From Lophium mytilinum (lineage: Eukaryota): 64,000 nucleotides of DNA. Position 1 is the first letter of the stretch; every line of letters starts with the position of its first letter. Below, piece after piece: positions 61,625 to 64,000 of the stretch. The DNA lies in contig MU004187.1 of NCBI GenBank assembly GCA_010093605.1, forward strand, positions 1,496,018-1,560,017, given 5' to 3'. A model generated the notes under the pieces. The model had not been told where the DNA came from. It searched no databases and worked only from the letters and a program-made list of their open reading frames with translations. The position numbers and the translations under genes were made by a program.

Positions 61625-64000
61625 TATAGTGATATGATAACATTTTGGAAAATGAACGTTGCTTAAAGTGATGAAAGGGAAATGAGTCATAGAAAATGAG
61701 CTCCGCTTACAAGACGCTGTAACCTCTCCTAGGGTACGTAGGCCTAATAAGGCTCCTATCCCTTAACCTGCTGATAGACAACGCTCGGACCATAAATGTC
61801 GAATACCGTACAGAAAAGGCGAAACCCGCAGCATTTCTTCTCACGCCTAACTATTATTAGTCGCATCCTTATCAATATCGTTGAGCCCATTTCAGCTGGT
61901 TAAAGGATAGCATTAGCCTGTGGTGGACTAGAAATGTGAAAGGTAAGATAGCGAAGTTGACACGCTTCGACTACAGTGACGAAGGGGAAATGCTCGGCAT
62001 CTTCCAGGAAGGATTGCAGATTGAAGTGGAATTGCGAGGTCGTCGTCAAGCCGGATAACACTTCGCCAAAGGACAAGGCGGAGTAGGTCGGAGTCAGGCA
62101 CCATTTTCATACGTGCTTCATAACCGGCGCTTAGCGTACCAGATTCACATTATTGGAAGGCTCTCAAGGTATCAAGGTGGTGTTGTAAGAGTTGAGTTGG
62201 GGGCTCGTAATATTAGTGTATTGTAGGTGAAGCTATCTAATGCAGGAGGAGGCAAGGATAAGAATCCCACGCCAAGCGCTGACTAAGCTGCCAACAGTGT
62301 CATTTAGATTGGCATAGCCTGAGGGCTGGGATTGCGAGTAGCCTGACTCAACGGAGGTCATTATGATCTGCCTGCAGTTTCCTTACAATGCTACTGCGGA
62401 AGTTGTGGGAAGATACGCGCTTTCTAGGTTGCGAACTACAACATTTCGTATAAGCCGGGCATCGCTGATGTCTTTGAGAAAGTGGCAGTATTCAAGGCCT
62501 TTTACACCATGCGATACAATGACGTATAATTAGGATACTGGGTAAATTCGCAGGCCATCAGAATCTAGTTCCGAGAGATCACTTTCCTTTCTCTTTGGCA
62601 AAAGTAGATCAAGTTCACGACCAAACCTCAAACCGAGAGAGCGTTTGAAAAATTGAAAAGATCCCATCAATTTTATTTCCTATTCTTCTGAGTCACAAAA
62701 GGCCAAAGATGTTTCTCCCCACAGCCACCCATGGTTTTCCCAAACACCTAGCCACACCGGCCCAGAATCGATGACAAACAAGCTGGGAGAACCTTGGGAC
62801 GACAGTGGTGTGCATATTCGAACCTGCAGAAGAAAAAACGGGGCAGTCAGCCAGAGCTGACACTGCGAGACCCACCCGCGGTTCGCACGACTCCCCCGAA
62901 GCAAGCCGCCAATCAACCGTGGAAACGCCCAAATACAACCTGTAGTAAGAGCGCCGAACCTAGAAAAAAAAAGCGGTTGTCAGCAAAAAGCCGACGTTGC
63001 GAGCACCTAGTCAGGAATTCTCTCGGGTGAAGTTTTCATCGTCATTGCACAAGCTCGGATCGTAACAAGAGTTCCCCTCATCAATCCTCCGTGACATCCT
63101 CAGTACCCGCCTTTGTATGTCTATCTCCTTGTGCCTGTCTCCGGGTCTTCTAAGCCCCGTGTGGGTTTGTGGGAAGGAGAGGCACCAGGAGGGGGGCGTG
63201 CGAGGCGAAGGTATTGAGGGTCGTTGTTGTGGTCAAGCCCGATGATGATGCCAAAGAGGTGCTTTCAACGTCGTTACTGAGCTTGCTCTGAATGACGTTG
63301 GTTAGCAAAGCTCAAGAGGCTGAGGGCTGGAGGGGATGACCTACCGGGTGGTATGTGTGTGGGGGTTTGTCGAGCTGTCGACAGACCAAAATAACTTCAG
63401 CTGTGTCGAGAAGATTGAAGCGGCGGTAGATAGGAACAAGATAAAGCTGGGAGGACGTGGAGTGATTAGGGTTGTGGATGCTGGAGTCGAGTTGATGGAG
63501 AGATGTGAAAAGAAGAAGAAGAAACGGGCAGAGGAGAAGAAGTATTTGTACTCCAAGATTCGTGGAGAGAAGGCACATTGCGGAAACAAGGTAAGAAGGG
63601 TACAGTAACGTATTCCGTTTCTCAGGTTCGCGATGCCATGCAGGTGCAGCTTGCAACCTTTTGCAAATGCATCCCAACGTCGTTTCCACAAACACGTCGC
63701 ATTCGAGACCGCTGATACCGAACAAAGGGAAGAAACGACTAGGAACGTCACAGGCCGCTGTCCGGCGGCGATAGATGAGGCTCAGCTTTTCATCCAGTGA
63801 AATGAATCGACATAGCAAGGCTCACGGCTTTGGAAAGTCTAGATGACGACATAGAATCGCGGACACAAGGGCTACTAGACCTTATTTTGAATTAGAAAGA
63901 GTCGTTGGCAAGAACCGTACTCGGATATTAAGCGGCCAAGAGTTGGGAGTTCGAATTCCACCTAGTTCCCCGGGCTTGCAGAACCTTCTTGCTTTCTCTA

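Noticed and set aside
61700..63820. Short ORFs in the last 2.3 kb (e.g. 63336-63608)
   Set aside because: No recognisable domains or consistent exon structure.
63900..63970. tRNA B-box-like GGGAGTTCGAATTCC with an upstream TGGC
   Set aside because: No cloverleaf or acceptor stem could be built; at most a tRNA/SINE relic, testable with tRNAscan-SE.

Overview
This window is gene-dense genomic DNA from a filamentous ascomycete (Pezizomycotina; Dothideomycete-like by inference), with short GT-AG introns. Bases 1-34 kb carry: SPE2 (5'-truncated), two tandem orphan paralogues, a DUF6604-like gene, CHMP7/Chm7, GPN2, BUB3, MLH1, TSC1, an IAH1-like SGNH esterase, TAP42, Dicer-like 1 and a class IV sirtuin. 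Bases 34043-58517 are an AT-rich, RIP-degraded nest: a Copia element (139-bp LTRs, ATGCT TSD) containing two complete Ty3/Gypsy elements (35014-43306 minus, 45871-53949 plus). The whole nest sits inside one formerly 56-nt intron of an amidase gene that now also has two frameshifts. An APH/kinase-like gene follows. The most unusual item is an un-RIPped 943-bp TRIM-like mini LTR element (identical 142-bp LTRs, PBS, PPT, 4-bp CAGG TSD) inserted exactly on a splice acceptor of the esterase gene. Element plus TSD form a GT...AG unit whose removal restores the original sequence, making it a candidate LTR-derived introner or recursive splice site. Exon boundaries were read by eye and no searches were run.
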